DNA of 56,822 nt from Asterionella formosa (taxonomy: Eukaryota), in contig NKIB01013469.1 of the NCBI GenBank assembly GCA_002256025.1, forward strand, positions 1-56,822, read 5' to 3'. The position numbers and the translations under genes were made by a program. Positions 33,318-44,141 of this stretch are shown in pieces. Every line of letters begins with the position of its first letter. Within the stretch, counting starts at the first letter, position 1. Under the pieces are notes generated by a model, which searched no databases, was not told the DNA's origin, and saw nothing but the letters and a program-made list of their open reading frames with translations.

Positions 33318-35854
33318 CGGGTTCTTTCCGGCTCGACAGGCTGATATCAGTCTCCCTTTGCGGCCCGATAATAAAGCCTTAACATCTCCTTCCTTTAATT
33401 TTATATACATCGCTGGATAGTAAAAGGGCTACCGGTATATATGTTAAATAGAGCGAAAGAATTGAAATTTGAACTAGTAATATTTAGTTGTGAGCCAGTC
33501 ACAACATGAAAAATTCCTCAGACACCACATATCAGTCTAGACTGGAAGGACTCAAAACTGCTTCCATGGAATGATGTAAACAACAGTCAACACAACGATA
33601 GACAACCATGGATCATATACAACATGTCTGAGTCTTTCTTGTGCAGTCTACACATGTACATTGGGGGTGGGAACTGTCAACATCCACAACCTCTGTCCCG
33701 AAAAATTTCTAGCCTTTGGGTAGCCGGAAAACTCTGTGCTCAGCATTTTTTGTCAATCTCGATGACCTTCGAGGCGATTCTTCTTCTTTGTAATAAGAAT
33801 TACATACCAATGCCTCTGCCAAAAGCTTGCGAAAACCGAGCATGCCATCAACCTCCTCCTTGCAGAAGTGTTGATATGCAAGCATGGCATTTACTTCTGT
33901 GACTGACAAAATGATGCGAACACTCTATTTGGCCACTATTTCTTCGCCCATAACACATCCAAACTGATCGGGGAATGCCTTTTGCATTATGATCGTCAAC
34001 AGCATGCCGAAACTTGTAGTGGTCGTGGATAACCTCAGTATATGTAACCTGTTTTTTGCGCTTTGTTCCTTGTACCAACCAATTTTTCATTGAAGCCTTG
34101 CCAATTGGTTCTAAGGTCCCAAACGTAGACATTAGAGACATCACGTAGTCTGGTTCCTTCATACAATACATGTGGAAGAGGATGTTGTCTAGTTTTCCTG
34201 GCCAGGCATCTGCAAAGCCACACTCAAGGCTTTCGAAGTGTGTCTTGATTTCTTCACCCCGGATGTATTTTGGCCAGAAGCGGCATTTCTTTATCAGTGC
34301 TGATGCATACAATCCCTTCTTCCTTAATTCAATGATTCCCTTTAGTACACAAAATCCACTGTCAAGAATAACTATCCTTGCTGACCCTCAAATCGATTTT
34401 GAGAGTCGAAGCAATAGCCCATCAGTCTTCCCACCAAGATCATCAAACTCTTGATATTTTCGTGATCGGGGAGCATCTTTTCCCTTGACTATTTCCATTG
34501 CAAACATGATTCCTGTATTGCCACAGCAAACTGTGTGGTATTCATTTCCGAATGACCAAGGCTTTCGGAGAGCAAACATGAATCCAGGACAGGTAGTATG
34601 CATGTTTGTCCATGTAGACATTGATTTGTCTAAACATACAATGTGTCCTGGCTTAAAATTATTTTGCATGTTTTCATTCCATGCTTCAATCATTTCCCTT
34701 ACTACATGAAAGCGGTTCGGATAATCAGGTGCTGGCCGAATTGTATAGCATATAGCCTTGTGAATTGAATTGAATCGATCACGAGACATGAGGTGATTTA
34801 GCCGAAATGAGGCATTGTCGAAAATATTGGTAGGCGCAACTGACCAAAAATCATGCTGTTTCGTTCCCTGCGTTGTTGCCATTAAAAACCATATTCCAAT
34901 CCATCTGAGTAGCTCACCATAGGTAACAGATTTGCCCTCTATCTTTAGATTAATGATAAACAAAACATTATCTTTCAAGAATTCAGAAGGAAAAAAAAAT
35001 TCGAACAATTGGAAGACAGTCGGTTTCAAATGAGTTGGAAATGATGAAAGTCTTGGATTGCAATTTGATGCACCCGTCAGTCTCCTGTCGCAAATTCCTG
35101 AGTGTCCCCACCCATCCTCAAACAAATTTTTTATTAATTCCTTGGGAGGAACAACATTTTCAGGTGCTCGTGCATTGTAATCATCAATAGCAACAAATCC
35201 AGCTGCAAGGGCAACGTCATCAGCATCATAAATTGTGCCAGTATGCACATTCGACAAGTTCGAAGAGCACGGAAGGCATCTCTTCATCTTCTACTGCCTC
35301 CTCAGGTACATCATCGCCTTTGCCATAGTAAAAGTAGTCTAAATCACCCTCAAAAATGATCTTGAAGTGCTTTTCAAGAGCATACAGCTCAGTCGTATCA
35401 GCATCATCCACAGTCCCGGGAGCTGTGACCACAATGGCCATCACCTCTTTACCTCTAATTTTCTTGAGCTCCCTCCGCAGAACTGTTATTCCTTCAAGTT
35501 GATGACCTTTTCCAATGTTCAGATGATGATTTCGGACCCACAGTGAGGGGTGAATGTACTTGGATAGGCATGAAATGACGGCACCTTTGTCCATGGTCAG
35601 CCAATTTTCGTTTTCGCGCCATCCCGCACAAACCTTTTTGAGATTTTTTCGGCTGGTAGGCTTCTCATGTATCTGAAATTATTTTAACCTATAAGCTTAT
35701 TGTCATGTATACCTCCAGAAACCTACAGTTCTGTAGGTTTAGATTAACTTTTCAGAAATGAAATATCCGTTGAATTGATCTAGTGGCAAGGGATTGAAAA
35801 TCCAGACTGAATCCAGTCTATTAGACTGAAATCAGCCTAGCCGGAAGGAATCCG
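33318..35854 (-). mobile_element. Full-length but decayed piggyBac-superfamily DNA transposon with ATAT flanks
   Basis: Transposase fragments at 35594-35226, 35287-34388 (MSRDRF, CLDKSMSTW, RKPW.FGNEYH), read-through to ILDSGF, and 34312-33848 (AVDDHN), with a Cys-rich tail near 33570-33660. Imperfect TIR CGG(G/A)TTC(T/C)TTCCGGCT..AGGCTGAT(A/T)TCAGTCT. ATAT at 33314-33317 and 35855-35858. Confidence 0.9.
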
Positions 35855-36114
35855 ATATGGATTGCATGATGGTGCCGGTGAAGCAAAATACGCTAGTGAA
35901 ACAAACGGGGTGAGGTGAAGTTAGGCAACAATATATGCCATTTACGGAGCACGGAAGAAGAAGCTTAATGATAAACTTGATTACTTTATCGACATGATCC
36001 TCGTGTAGTATTATCTGGCATCCTCTCCTGTCATCAAATGAGTTTGCAGTGTAGCGTATAGATATAAACTCATATTCCGGTATTTACAATAGGATTCGCG
36101 GAAGCAAAACAAAC

Positions 36115-37095
36115 ATGTCGTTGTTCAACAGTCGCCAACATGGCAATCATCCCCGCAAGACCATCACACTTCCTCCCCGGCCGCCCCCCACTCGGATTCC
36201 TCCTTATTTTTGGGTTCCTGTTCTTGGCATGTCAAGCCTTTGCATCTACACCTACTATGCCTTTTTAGATGAGGTGCCGATGACGAGGCGAAAGAGGTGG
36301 CTTGCAACTTCTTCCCAGTACGAAGAACTTATTGGCGACCAACAATACAAACAGCTATTGACGCAGTACAAGGGGAAAATCTTACCAGAAACACACCGAG
36401 CCGCCGTGACAGTTAAAAGGGTCGGAGGTAGAATTGCCCAGGCATCGCAAAAGTTTGCCCTAGACGAAAAGTTAAGCAGTGCATCCAAATCTCCCTACAC
36501 CTACACTGTGGTCAGATCGGATCAAGCCAATGCCTTTGTTCTACCCAACAATCATGTCTTTGTCTTGACTGGTCTCTTCAAGTACGTGAAGGACGAAGAC
36601 GAACTGGCAGCTGTTTTGGGACATGAAGTGGCTCATAATTTGGCAAGACATGCAGGTGAGCGCCTTTCAGGTGGTATAATTGTCCAAGTTGTGGCTGGCA
36701 TTCTCTTCGTAATGGACCCCAGCGGTGTCTTGTCCTCCCTCTTTCTCCCCGCCGCTAGTATTCTCCATGAACTTCCACATAGTAGACAACAGGAAACCGA
36801 AGCAGATCGAATAGGCGTCTATTTAGCAGCCAGTGCTTGTTATGATCCCCGAGCTGCTGAACGAGTCTTTCAAGCAATGGGTGAAGGTTTTGCTGCAGGG
36901 GCTCCACCAGAATTTTTGTCTACGCATCCCTCCAATGCCACGCGTATCACGCAGTTTGAAAATTGGATGCCTGACGCCATGCTTGAATATGAGGGGGAAT
37001 TTGGAGACCGATGCTCTTCCGTGCGATCTGATATGCAGGCAGCGAGACAACTTGCTGCTGCTGACTATGCGTCAGAACGAGCAACTAGGACCTGA
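36115..37095 (+). CDS. OMA1: OMA1-like M48 zinc metallopeptidase
   Basis: Motifs NAFVLP...FV.TGL, ELAAVLGHEVAH..ARH, SR.QE.EAD.IG, ACYDP and EFLSTHPS...RI. Confidence 0.93.
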   Translation: MSLFNSRQHGNHPRKTITLPPRPPPTRIPPYFWVPVLGMSSLCIYTYYAFLDEVPMTRRKRWLATSSQYEELIGDQQYKQLLTQYKGKILPETHRAAVTVKRVGGRIAQASQKFALDEKLSSASKSPYTYTVVRSDQANAFVLPNNHVFVLTGLFKYVKDEDELAAVLGHEVAHNLARHAGERLSGGIIVQVVAGILFVMDPSGVLSSLFLPAASILHELPHSRQQETEADRIGVYLAASACYDPRAAERVFQAMGEGFAAGAPPEFLSTHPSNATRITQFENWMPDAMLEYEGEFGDRCSSVRSDMQAARQLAAADYASERATRT

Positions 37096-37161
37096 GGTTC
37101 TTAAAAATCCTTGTGGAAATCATCAGTGGCCCTTGTTTTACCATTTCATTAGAGAATATAA

Positions 37162-39180
37162 TTATTTAAATAGTAAATCATTACAAATTAACCATTGGCG
37201 CCAGAGTTGGCTAGTATCCCACTTCCATTCAGGTGTGGAGCTGCAATTGTAGCTTGACTGTTGGGATTTCTCAATCTGCATCAATATGATTTCCAAGGCA
37301 GTAGAATATTGACTATTGATCTCATCATCAAGGAGCTGAAAAATCCAAGCAGCAATACCCCAGGATAACTTCTGCAAGATTTTCGGTGGTTGCAAGTGCT
37401 CGCTACCAATGGCATTAACTGCCAAATGGACATGAAACCATGCTGTGGAAACAAGATTGATCATTCGTTCTAGCGATGGGGTTGATTTCTTCATTGCCAA
37501 TTGTTTTGGATCAACCATATTTTCTGGAAGTGTCACAAGTATTATAAGTAAGAGTGCTGGTTTTGGGGACAGCAGAAGCGAAGCGACAAAGGTCACATGA
37601 TATTGAGTGGGAATGTCACCAATAAATTGATTCAGTGAGGAAATATTGTCGATTCCAACCATGTATCCAAGTGCTTGTGTGCCACTCAGTTTCTCCCAAG
37701 CAGAGTCCATGGACATGACAACAACTGTTGTTGCCACGTATCCCACACCAAAGCCTTTGCCACACCGAGAATATTCTTGTACCGCACTCGTACTCTTTCC
37801 CCTGAGTAACCATGAATACATTCTTGATCGCATTTGTGTAAATGGAGGATAGAGCCAAACACTTTCAACTAAAATGCATGCCTCAACCTCTGCATCACGA
37901 AGCGGTATTTGCACCTGAGTGTCAGATGGCTTATTGTTGTCCTCGGACTCTTTGGGGAAGAGTATGGCTTCACAAATCAGCTTGTGTATTCGCCTCTTTC
38001 GCTTGCTCTTGCCACTTCTATTCGATACCTTCTTCATTTGGTTCACTGCTAACCTTGAAAATCTATTCTCCCCGCAACTCTCAACAAGTGGCCGACAATA
38101 GAAGATTTCAAAGTCTACGACCCGTTGAATTTCTGGTAGAAGCGAAGTCTTCAATCCCTTTTTGATGGTTGCTAATTCACCCACAGTGTCAGGAAAGTAA
38201 ATGGTATGGACCTTCTCTAACCATTCTAGTGCGTCATTCATTCCCAAAGACGTCAACAAGGCTGTCATCCACCCACCTGGGTAGTGTTTCACATAAACAC
38301 CCACATACCGCAAGACTCCCGTCAGGGCGGCAGCATTCGATGGTGCTGTTCGTTGCTTCTGGCGCAACCCAGCAATATCGGACATGACAATCTTTGCTCG
38401 AGCTTCATTCAACATGGCATTCCCATAGTCACAGCCAGCAAGAGCAGCAATTGCGGTTGCTATTCTGGGATTGTAGGGAATGTAAGCCTTCCAAAACTTT
38501 GAGGAGAGGTAGTGAATGGCAGTTAGTGATACTATTGTGCTCATCGGTTTTTCATTTTCTTCTCGCTTCCACTCCAATCCGCAAAAGGGAACAAATCCGG
38601 GGCAATGGGGATAAACAAAGAAGTCAGAATCTCCCGACATGATGAGTACATTCTCTATATTTTGTTGCTGAATGAAGTGATCGATGTATGGTTCTGCTTC
38701 ACCAAAAGTCGGTCTATGTAACTGCACGCCTTTAACATTTCTCACTGCTTCCTCCATGGCCCACTCGGCAAGGAGATGCAAAATGTTATGTTTCGATTTG
38801 TTGGCATTCGTTGCTCTCTCATCACACTGAATGGCAATCTGCTTGAAACGATCGACTTGCGTCTCCACTTTTTCGAATGGTGCCATACCGTCCATGATCA
38901 CATGGATCATCTCAGATTGTGCCGTCACGGAGCGGAGCGCAGCGAGAAAGTTGGTGGTTCTACTGTAGATAACGGCTGGAGCGACAGGTGTCAGGCCCAG
39001 TCTCACAGAAGGCGAGGGAGGATACTCATCGTAGCATTCGTTGACATTTACATGGTAAAGGAAGGCAGGACCGTCAAGGAAGATGGTTGCTTCCACTGGT
39101 TCATTGGAGCTGAAGGAGATGGTTTCACCAAAGCGGCGTGGCTCGTTGGATATCAACGACCAGGCCCCTTTGATTCCCAT
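37162..39180 (-). CDS. Asteroid/FAM120-like XPG-family PIN-domain nuclease
   Basis: N-terminal MGIKG, LDG, MDG.....K, GEAE, SGDSDFF and the helix-turn-helix LAGCDY. Confidence 0.82.
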   Translation of the reverse strand: MGIKGAWSLISNEPRRFGETISFSSNEPVEATIFLDGPAFLYHVNVNECYDEYPPSPSVRLGLTPVAPAVIYSRTTNFLAALRSVTAQSEMIHVIMDGMAPFEKVETQVDRFKQIAIQCDERATNANKSKHNILHLLAEWAMEEAVRNVKGVQLHRPTFGEAEPYIDHFIQQQNIENVLIMSGDSDFFVYPHCPGFVPFCGLEWKREENEKPMSTIVSLTAIHYLSSKFWKAYIPYNPRIATAIAALAGCDYGNAMLNEARAKIVMSDIAGLRQKQRTAPSNAAALTGVLRYVGVYVKHYPGGWMTALLTSLGMNDALEWLEKVHTIYFPDTVGELATIKKGLKTSLLPEIQRVVDFEIFYCRPLVESCGENRFSRLAVNQMKKVSNRSGKSKRKRRIHKLICEAILFPKESEDNNKPSDTQVQIPLRDAEVEACILVESVWLYPPFTQMRSRMYSWLLRGKSTSAVQEYSRCGKGFGVGYVATTVVVMSMDSAWEKLSGTQALGYMVGIDNISSLNQFIGDIPTQYHVTFVASLLLSPKPALLLIILVTLPENMVDPKQLAMKKSTPSLERMINLVSTAWFHVHLAVNAIGSEHLQPPKILQKLSWGIAAWIFQLLDDEINSQYSTALEIILMQIEKSQQSSYNCSSTPEWKWDTSQLWRQWLICNDLLFK

Positions 39181-39194
39181 CGTTGCTCGTTGGA

Positions 39195-39380
39195 GTACCT
39201 TGGGAGTACCGTACTACGGCTGTGTCTGGCCTGACAAGGTGTACCTGCTGGGAATCAGTGCCAGGTGCCAGGTACCGGTACCTGGTACCAGGGTGTACTT
39301 GTAGAATGTGGATACACCGTCATTCTTTCTGAAAAATGTCATACCGTGACCAGTTACCGGTACATGGTACCAGGTACCAC
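39195..39380. promoter_or_regulatory. TACCAGG/CCTGGTA/ACCGGT cluster in the divergent Asteroid-like/BEACH promoter
   Basis: Palindrome CCAGGTACCGGTACCTGG at 39268-39285 plus further copies. Confidence 0.4.
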
Positions 39381-39644
39381 CAGATAGGAATACCATAACG
39401 GTCGTTCGTAGATAAATCGCTGTGCCTATAGTAAAACAGGGGGCAATAGGAAAGCTGAGTTTTACGTTCAAGGGCTATAATGTACTAGAAATGCTAGTAT
39501 TCAGAACTGGAGGGAGGATCTAGATGCCGTAATACATACCAGAAAAAAGTCATGTCAATAACATCGTCGTGAAGAAATCAGCATACCAGGTACCTAAAAA
39601 TCACAAAACAGAACCCAGGCAGCACACGGTTTCGCTCCTTGACA

Positions 39645-42600
39645 ATGACATGGCTCACAGGCAGCAGCAGCATGAGCATGACTAGCATCGAAAGCAACAG
39701 CAGCATGAACACTAAGCCGCCTCTGAAAGAAGCTGTCAAGGTCCTTCATCCTCCCTCGCATCACGTGGAAGTCAGGTATCGTAACAGGTTTTCACAACTC
39801 TTGCTGGAACATGGAGAGCAACATCTTCAGGACTGGGCTGTCGTAGCCTCTAGTTCCATTGTAAACGAAGCCACAGCTGTAACCAATTCCAAAAAGACGG
39901 AATGGAACAAATCTGCAAAGCAGGGACGCAAAAAGACGTATTCGAATTCGACTGGAAGCGACAACCTTGGCTCGTTGATTATGCGGAAACTGGAAGGAAG
40001 ACTTCACCTCTGTTCGAGGTCTATTGTCTTCGAGCCTCTGGAAACTTCGAGAGGCATCATTCGATGTCCCTTTCAGAGAATGGAAAACAGTCCACGCGAG
40101 ACAATCTCCATCCCTGCACCGGTAAACGCAAATACCGCTGCAACCCCCAACAATTCCCTTAAACGTGAGACGTCTACTTCCGGCGCACTCTTCGGGTCAT
40201 ATGAAACGATTGCGTCCTTGACGATTGAATTTATTGCTACAAGGCATTTAATTATGAAGGAAAATAATGTTATCGGACCCTTTGAATCGATCGAATCGCC
40301 GGCCAAGTTTCAATTTACCTTTTTGCATTCATGTCCGGAGAATTTTGTGGACCTTTGTCAGGTGAGAGCGACTTATGTTTATATTGATTTTGTGGAACTA
40401 GTTTTGATTTCTAAAACATGCTTATTTTACCAGAAATTACATGATCTAGTTAACAACAGCAGCCGACGCCAATCCTTCTTCAGCACACCAGAGTTGGACG
40501 AAATACGGAAACCCATGTTGCAGCGCCCGTTTGATCCCACCAATTTTGTGGATATAAGAGAAAAACCCCTCACCAGTAATTTGAGATGTACGCTGGTTTC
40601 ACCATTGCAACAAAAAGCGGGTTGCGCCATTGTCACGTCGGAACGGCTATACTTTCAACCTTCGGCAGGTGTCTTGTCGCCAACCACAACAAGAGCTACG
40701 TCGTGGCTGCTGGCAGATCTTGTCGCCATTGCTCGCCGGTATAATGGATTGAAGTATAGTGCGTTGGAGATGTATTGGAAGGACGGAACGTCTGTTTTAC
40801 TTGCATATGAACGGCAGCGGGAACGAGAAAAGGTCGTTCGAGTGTTGCCTAAATATTTGTGGTGTCATACCGATCGGGACTTTGTTTTCTCTGCCCATCA
40901 CGAGTGGCAGCAAGGTAGCTTGTCCAACTATGAATATTTACTCGCTTTGAACTCGGCCGCAGGAAGAACCTTTCAGGATTTGTCACGTTATCCTGTGTTT
41001 CCTTGGGTCATTGCGGATTACAAATCAGCCTCCTTGGACCTCCACAAGGAAAGCACTTTTCGAGATTTGTCCAAACCCATGGGTGCCATTAATAAAGAGC
41101 GTCTAGAATACTTTCAAAGTCGTCTCCTGGGAATGCAAGATATGGAAGAGCCGTTTCTATATGGGACACATTACTCAGCACCCGGCTACATTCTTTACTA
41201 CTTGGTGCGAAGCATGCCGGAGCACATGCTTTGCTTGCAAAATGGAAAATTCGATTCTCCTGACCGCATGTTCTACTCCATTGCTCATTGCTATTCCTGT
41301 GCTCTGACTAATCATGCTGATGTCAAGGAGTTGATTCCTGAATTTTACGCACTCAACGACTTTGACTTTCTTATCAATGCCAGATCCCTTCAGTTGGGAG
41401 CAACACAGAATGGAGATCGAGTAAATGATGTCGACTTACCAAATTGGGCAAGATCACCCAGAGATTTTTTGAAAAAGAATCGCAAGGCTTTAGAGTCTGA
41501 CATTTGCACACGAGGACTACCGGCTTGGATTGATTTAATTTTTGGTTTCAAATCCAGAGGAAGTGCGGCGATGGAGGCCGACAATTTGTTTCACAATAAT
41601 GCATATTTGGGACCTGCTTCTTTGGAACGTATGGCAGAGGAGGAACGAATGCAGGCAGAGTTGCAAGCGGTGGAGTTTGGGATTGTCCCAGATCAGCTTT
41701 TTGAAAAGGCTCATCCTGGGCGGACAGAAATAGGCAGCGATTTCATCTTGGCGAACTTGGGCAAGGTCGAATTTGAATTAGAGAGCGATGGCCTAACAGA
41801 CGGAGAATCTTCAAAACAAGGGGAGGCATGGGAACTGTTGGACCCGCCTTCGATTGGGAGTCAGGACGACCGTATAAGTGATCGAATGGAATCGAACGAT
41901 AGAACCGGTAATATTGGTGCCAAGGAGTCGAATCGCGGTATCGGGTTCGGGACTGCAGCTCTAGCGGGCTCAGCAAAAATGACAGCCTTCAAGGAGAAAA
42001 TCTCTCCAATGTCAAGCCAACATGCGGTCACACCAGATAAGAAAACAGCACTCGAACCCTTGGCGACACCTGGTGGGAAAGCTAGAGCATCATGGGCTCC
42101 AGGGGCCAATTCGGTCTTGCCAAGTTCGGACTTGTCGTGGAATGAAAGTCCTGCTCTCGCATACAGACCCCAAGTAATCCCGGATACAACTAACGAGCTG
42201 ATGCAGCCCTCGCTTGGCGATCCGGTAGCAATTGAAGTCGCCTCTATGCATATGCTACCGGATCAAGGATCCATGGAATCTCAGTCACGTTCGTTGCCCT
42301 TGAGTGGTAGTGGCGACTTTAGACGGCCTGGTATTGCGTCGTTTGGAAGTGGCGAGCAAATGGGAATGAAATGTACAAATAAATCAAGTAGAATTCCCGA
42401 GTCTGCGAATCAGACCAGCGACTTGGCTAAGGGATGGGACATGAAAAAGATTGAAACTGAAAGGGTTCATAGCGATGCTGTTACTGGCTGTTCCATCCTG
42501 CTTCAGCAAGGACCACAAAATACATCGTTCTTAACTACCGTCTCGTTGGATGCAACTTTATTGGTGCAAAATGTCTCACTTTGCGAATCAGATGTTGACG

Positions 42601-43613
42601 ACGAAGTGAAGAGACGAGGGTTTACCGGAACTTTGAGCCGTTTCGCTTATTCCGTTGGAGGTTTAAATCAGCCTGCACCAATAGTGGCGCAACCGAAGCT
42701 TGTTACGCATCGCCGCCATACCGCATCAGACCCACTGGCGTGTTTGTCATTGTCTAGCGATGGACATGGTGGCCATCTTGCTTTTGCCGGCGGTCATGAC
42801 GATGTTGTTCTTGCCTACGGTATCAACTCTGCATGCGCTGTTGCTTCGGTATACTCACATCGTGACGCCGTCACTGGATTAGACGTCCTTCCAAAGCCTA
42901 CGTTGGCCACAAAGAATGTACTGTGGCCAGATAAATCAACTCATATTATGGTCAGTGGTAGTTGGGATGCTACTGTCAAAGTATGGTCAGTGGTAGTTTC
43001 GTCTGGAGAGACCGTTTCAATTAACCGCGAGCCCCTCGCTGAGCTGTTTGATGCCGACTCAACCATTGTCTGTTTGTCGGCTATATACATTGAAGGAATT
43101 GGTATCGCTGTAAGTTGTGGTTGCTCTGACGGAAGTTTTATTGTTTGGCTTTGCCATGACGATGGAACCAAGGTCGTTATCCACAAGGAAACTGCTCGGC
43201 GTGGATCAGGGCCATGCTCTGCTGTCAAGTGGTGCGAAAATCATGGGCATACCTACCTTTTTGCGGGATTCTCGACTGGAAAGTTGGCGTCCTACGAATT
43301 GTGCAATGGAGGCTTGACGCGAGTGAGTGCTGTTTCCGTGGGCGTTGCCGTCTTATGTTTGGAATACGCCGAGGGAATTCTGCTTGCTGGTTGTTCAGAT
43401 GGTGGCTTGAGATTGCTTCCTATCCGGAATGGGGCGTCCTTCGATGGCAAACCAACGCTTTGGATGGGAGTAAACGGTAAGAGTTCTCCAGGCTTGACTT
43501 GTGTCAGCCTTGGTTTCACCGGTCCGTTAGGCAACGGGTTTGGCAAATGCATCTGCGCAACGGGATCAACTGACGGCTCTGTTTCAGTTTTTGAGCTTAA
43601 GAAAGTCCTGTAA
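39645..43613 (+). CDS. FAN/NSMAF-like GRAM/PH-BEACH-WD40 protein, with a probable 72-nt intron at 40362-40433
   Basis: BEACH motifs W..G.LSNYEYL..LN..AGRTF.DLSRYPVFPWV, YGTHYSAPG, GKFD.PDR.F, DVKELIPEFY and WIDLIFG.K.RG. WD repeats include H.DAVT and SGSWDATVKVW. Donor CAG|GTGAGA and acceptor TTTTACCAG. Confidence 0.95.
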   Translation: MTWLTGSSSMSMTSIESNSSMNTKPPLKEAVKVLHPPSHHVEVRYRNRFSQLLLEHGEQHLQDWAVVASSSIVNEATAVTNSKKTEWNKSAKQGRKKTYSNSTGSDNLGSLIMRKLEGRLHLCSRSIVFEPLETSRGIIRCPFQRMENSPRETISIPAPVNANTAATPNNSLKRETSTSGALFGSYETIASLTIEFIATRHLIMKENNVIGPFESIESPAKFQFTFLHSCPENFVDLCQVRATYVYIDFVELVLISKTCLFYQKLHDLVNNSSRRQSFFSTPELDEIRKPMLQRPFDPTNFVDIREKPLTSNLRCTLVSPLQQKAGCAIVTSERLYFQPSAGVLSPTTTRATSWLLADLVAIARRYNGLKYSALEMYWKDGTSVLLAYERQREREKVVRVLPKYLWCHTDRDFVFSAHHEWQQGSLSNYEYLLALNSAAGRTFQDLSRYPVFPWVIADYKSASLDLHKESTFRDLSKPMGAINKERLEYFQSRLLGMQDMEEPFLYGTHYSAPGYILYYLVRSMPEHMLCLQNGKFDSPDRMFYSIAHCYSCALTNHADVKELIPEFYALNDFDFLINARSLQLGATQNGDRVNDVDLPNWARSPRDFLKKNRKALESDICTRGLPAWIDLIFGFKSRGSAAMEADNLFHNNAYLGPASLERMAEEERMQAELQAVEFGIVPDQLFEKAHPGRTEIGSDFILANLGKVEFELESDGLTDGESSKQGEAWELLDPPSIGSQDDRISDRMESNDRTGNIGAKESNRGIGFGTAALAGSAKMTAFKEKISPMSSQHAVTPDKKTALEPLATPGGKARASWAPGANSVLPSSDLSWNESPALAYRPQVIPDTTNELMQPSLGDPVAIEVASMHMLPDQGSMESQSRSLPLSGSGDFRRPGIASFGSGEQMGMKCTNKSSRIPESANQTSDLAKGWDMKKIETERVHSDAVTGCSILLQQGPQNTSFLTTVSLDATLLVQNVSLCESDVDDEVKRRGFTGTLSRFAYSVGGLNQPAPIVAQPKLVTHRRHTASDPLACLSLSSDGHGGHLAFAGGHDDVVLAYGINSACAVASVYSHRDAVTGLDVLPKPTLATKNVLWPDKSTHIMVSGSWDATVKVWSVVVSSGETVSINREPLAELFDADSTIVCLSAIYIEGIGIAVSCGCSDGSFIVWLCHDDGTKVVIHKETARRGSGPCSAVKWCENHGHTYLFAGFSTGKLASYELCNGGLTRVSAVSVGVAVLCLEYAEGILLAGCSDGGLRLLPIRNGASFDGKPTLWMGVNGKSSPGLTCVSLGFTGPLGNGFGKCICATGSTDGSVSVFELKKVL

Positions 43614-43658
43614 CGTAGAAGTTTCGATAAAAGTCTAATGTATAACATTAACTATTGT

Positions 43659-44141
43659 TTACTTGCCACCGTTGTCGTCGTCGTCGTCGTTAACTTCATT
43701 GTTGCTCTTCCACAACTTCGGATTACGCTCAATATTCTTATTCTTCATTCGCGTCACGGGAACCATGTTGCCATCGTCGTCTCTCATCCACTGAAAGTAT
43801 CCCGCATTGGCAGGACCTCGGTAATCTTCCGATGGGTCCGCAACATCCTTCTTACTCTTCTTGGCAGCATCTGATTCGCCGTAGAACGAAGATTTTCTCT
43901 TCCCGTAGAAAGCCGCTCCTCCTCCAAGGCGGCGGCTGGTAGCGTCATCCACAAAGGCGTCAAGTTCATCAAAGAAATTCCCAATAGCGCCAAAGAAGCC
44001 TCCTTTTTTGGGTTCATCGTCGCCAGACATGAATGTGTGACTCAAAGATGGTCTCGCATTGACGCCAATTGACGGCAAAAACGACGTGATCTCAACTGCC
44101 AGGGACAATAGCACGAGGATAGCTACTGTGGTCTTTGTCAT
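43659..44141 (-). CDS. Small predicted plastid-targeted protein of unknown function (160 aa)
   Basis: Signal peptide MTKTTVAILVLLSLAVEITS|F followed by a transit-like segment. Conserved-looking core FFDELDAFVDDA.SRRLG.GAAFYGKRKSSFYG. Confidence 0.8.
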   Translation of the reverse strand: MTKTTVAILVLLSLAVEITSFLPSIGVNARPSLSHTFMSGDDEPKKGGFFGAIGNFFDELDAFVDDATSRRLGGGAAFYGKRKSSFYGESDAAKKSKKDVADPSEDYRGPANAGYFQWMRDDDGNMVPVTRMKNKNIERNPKLWKSNNEVNDDDDDNGGK

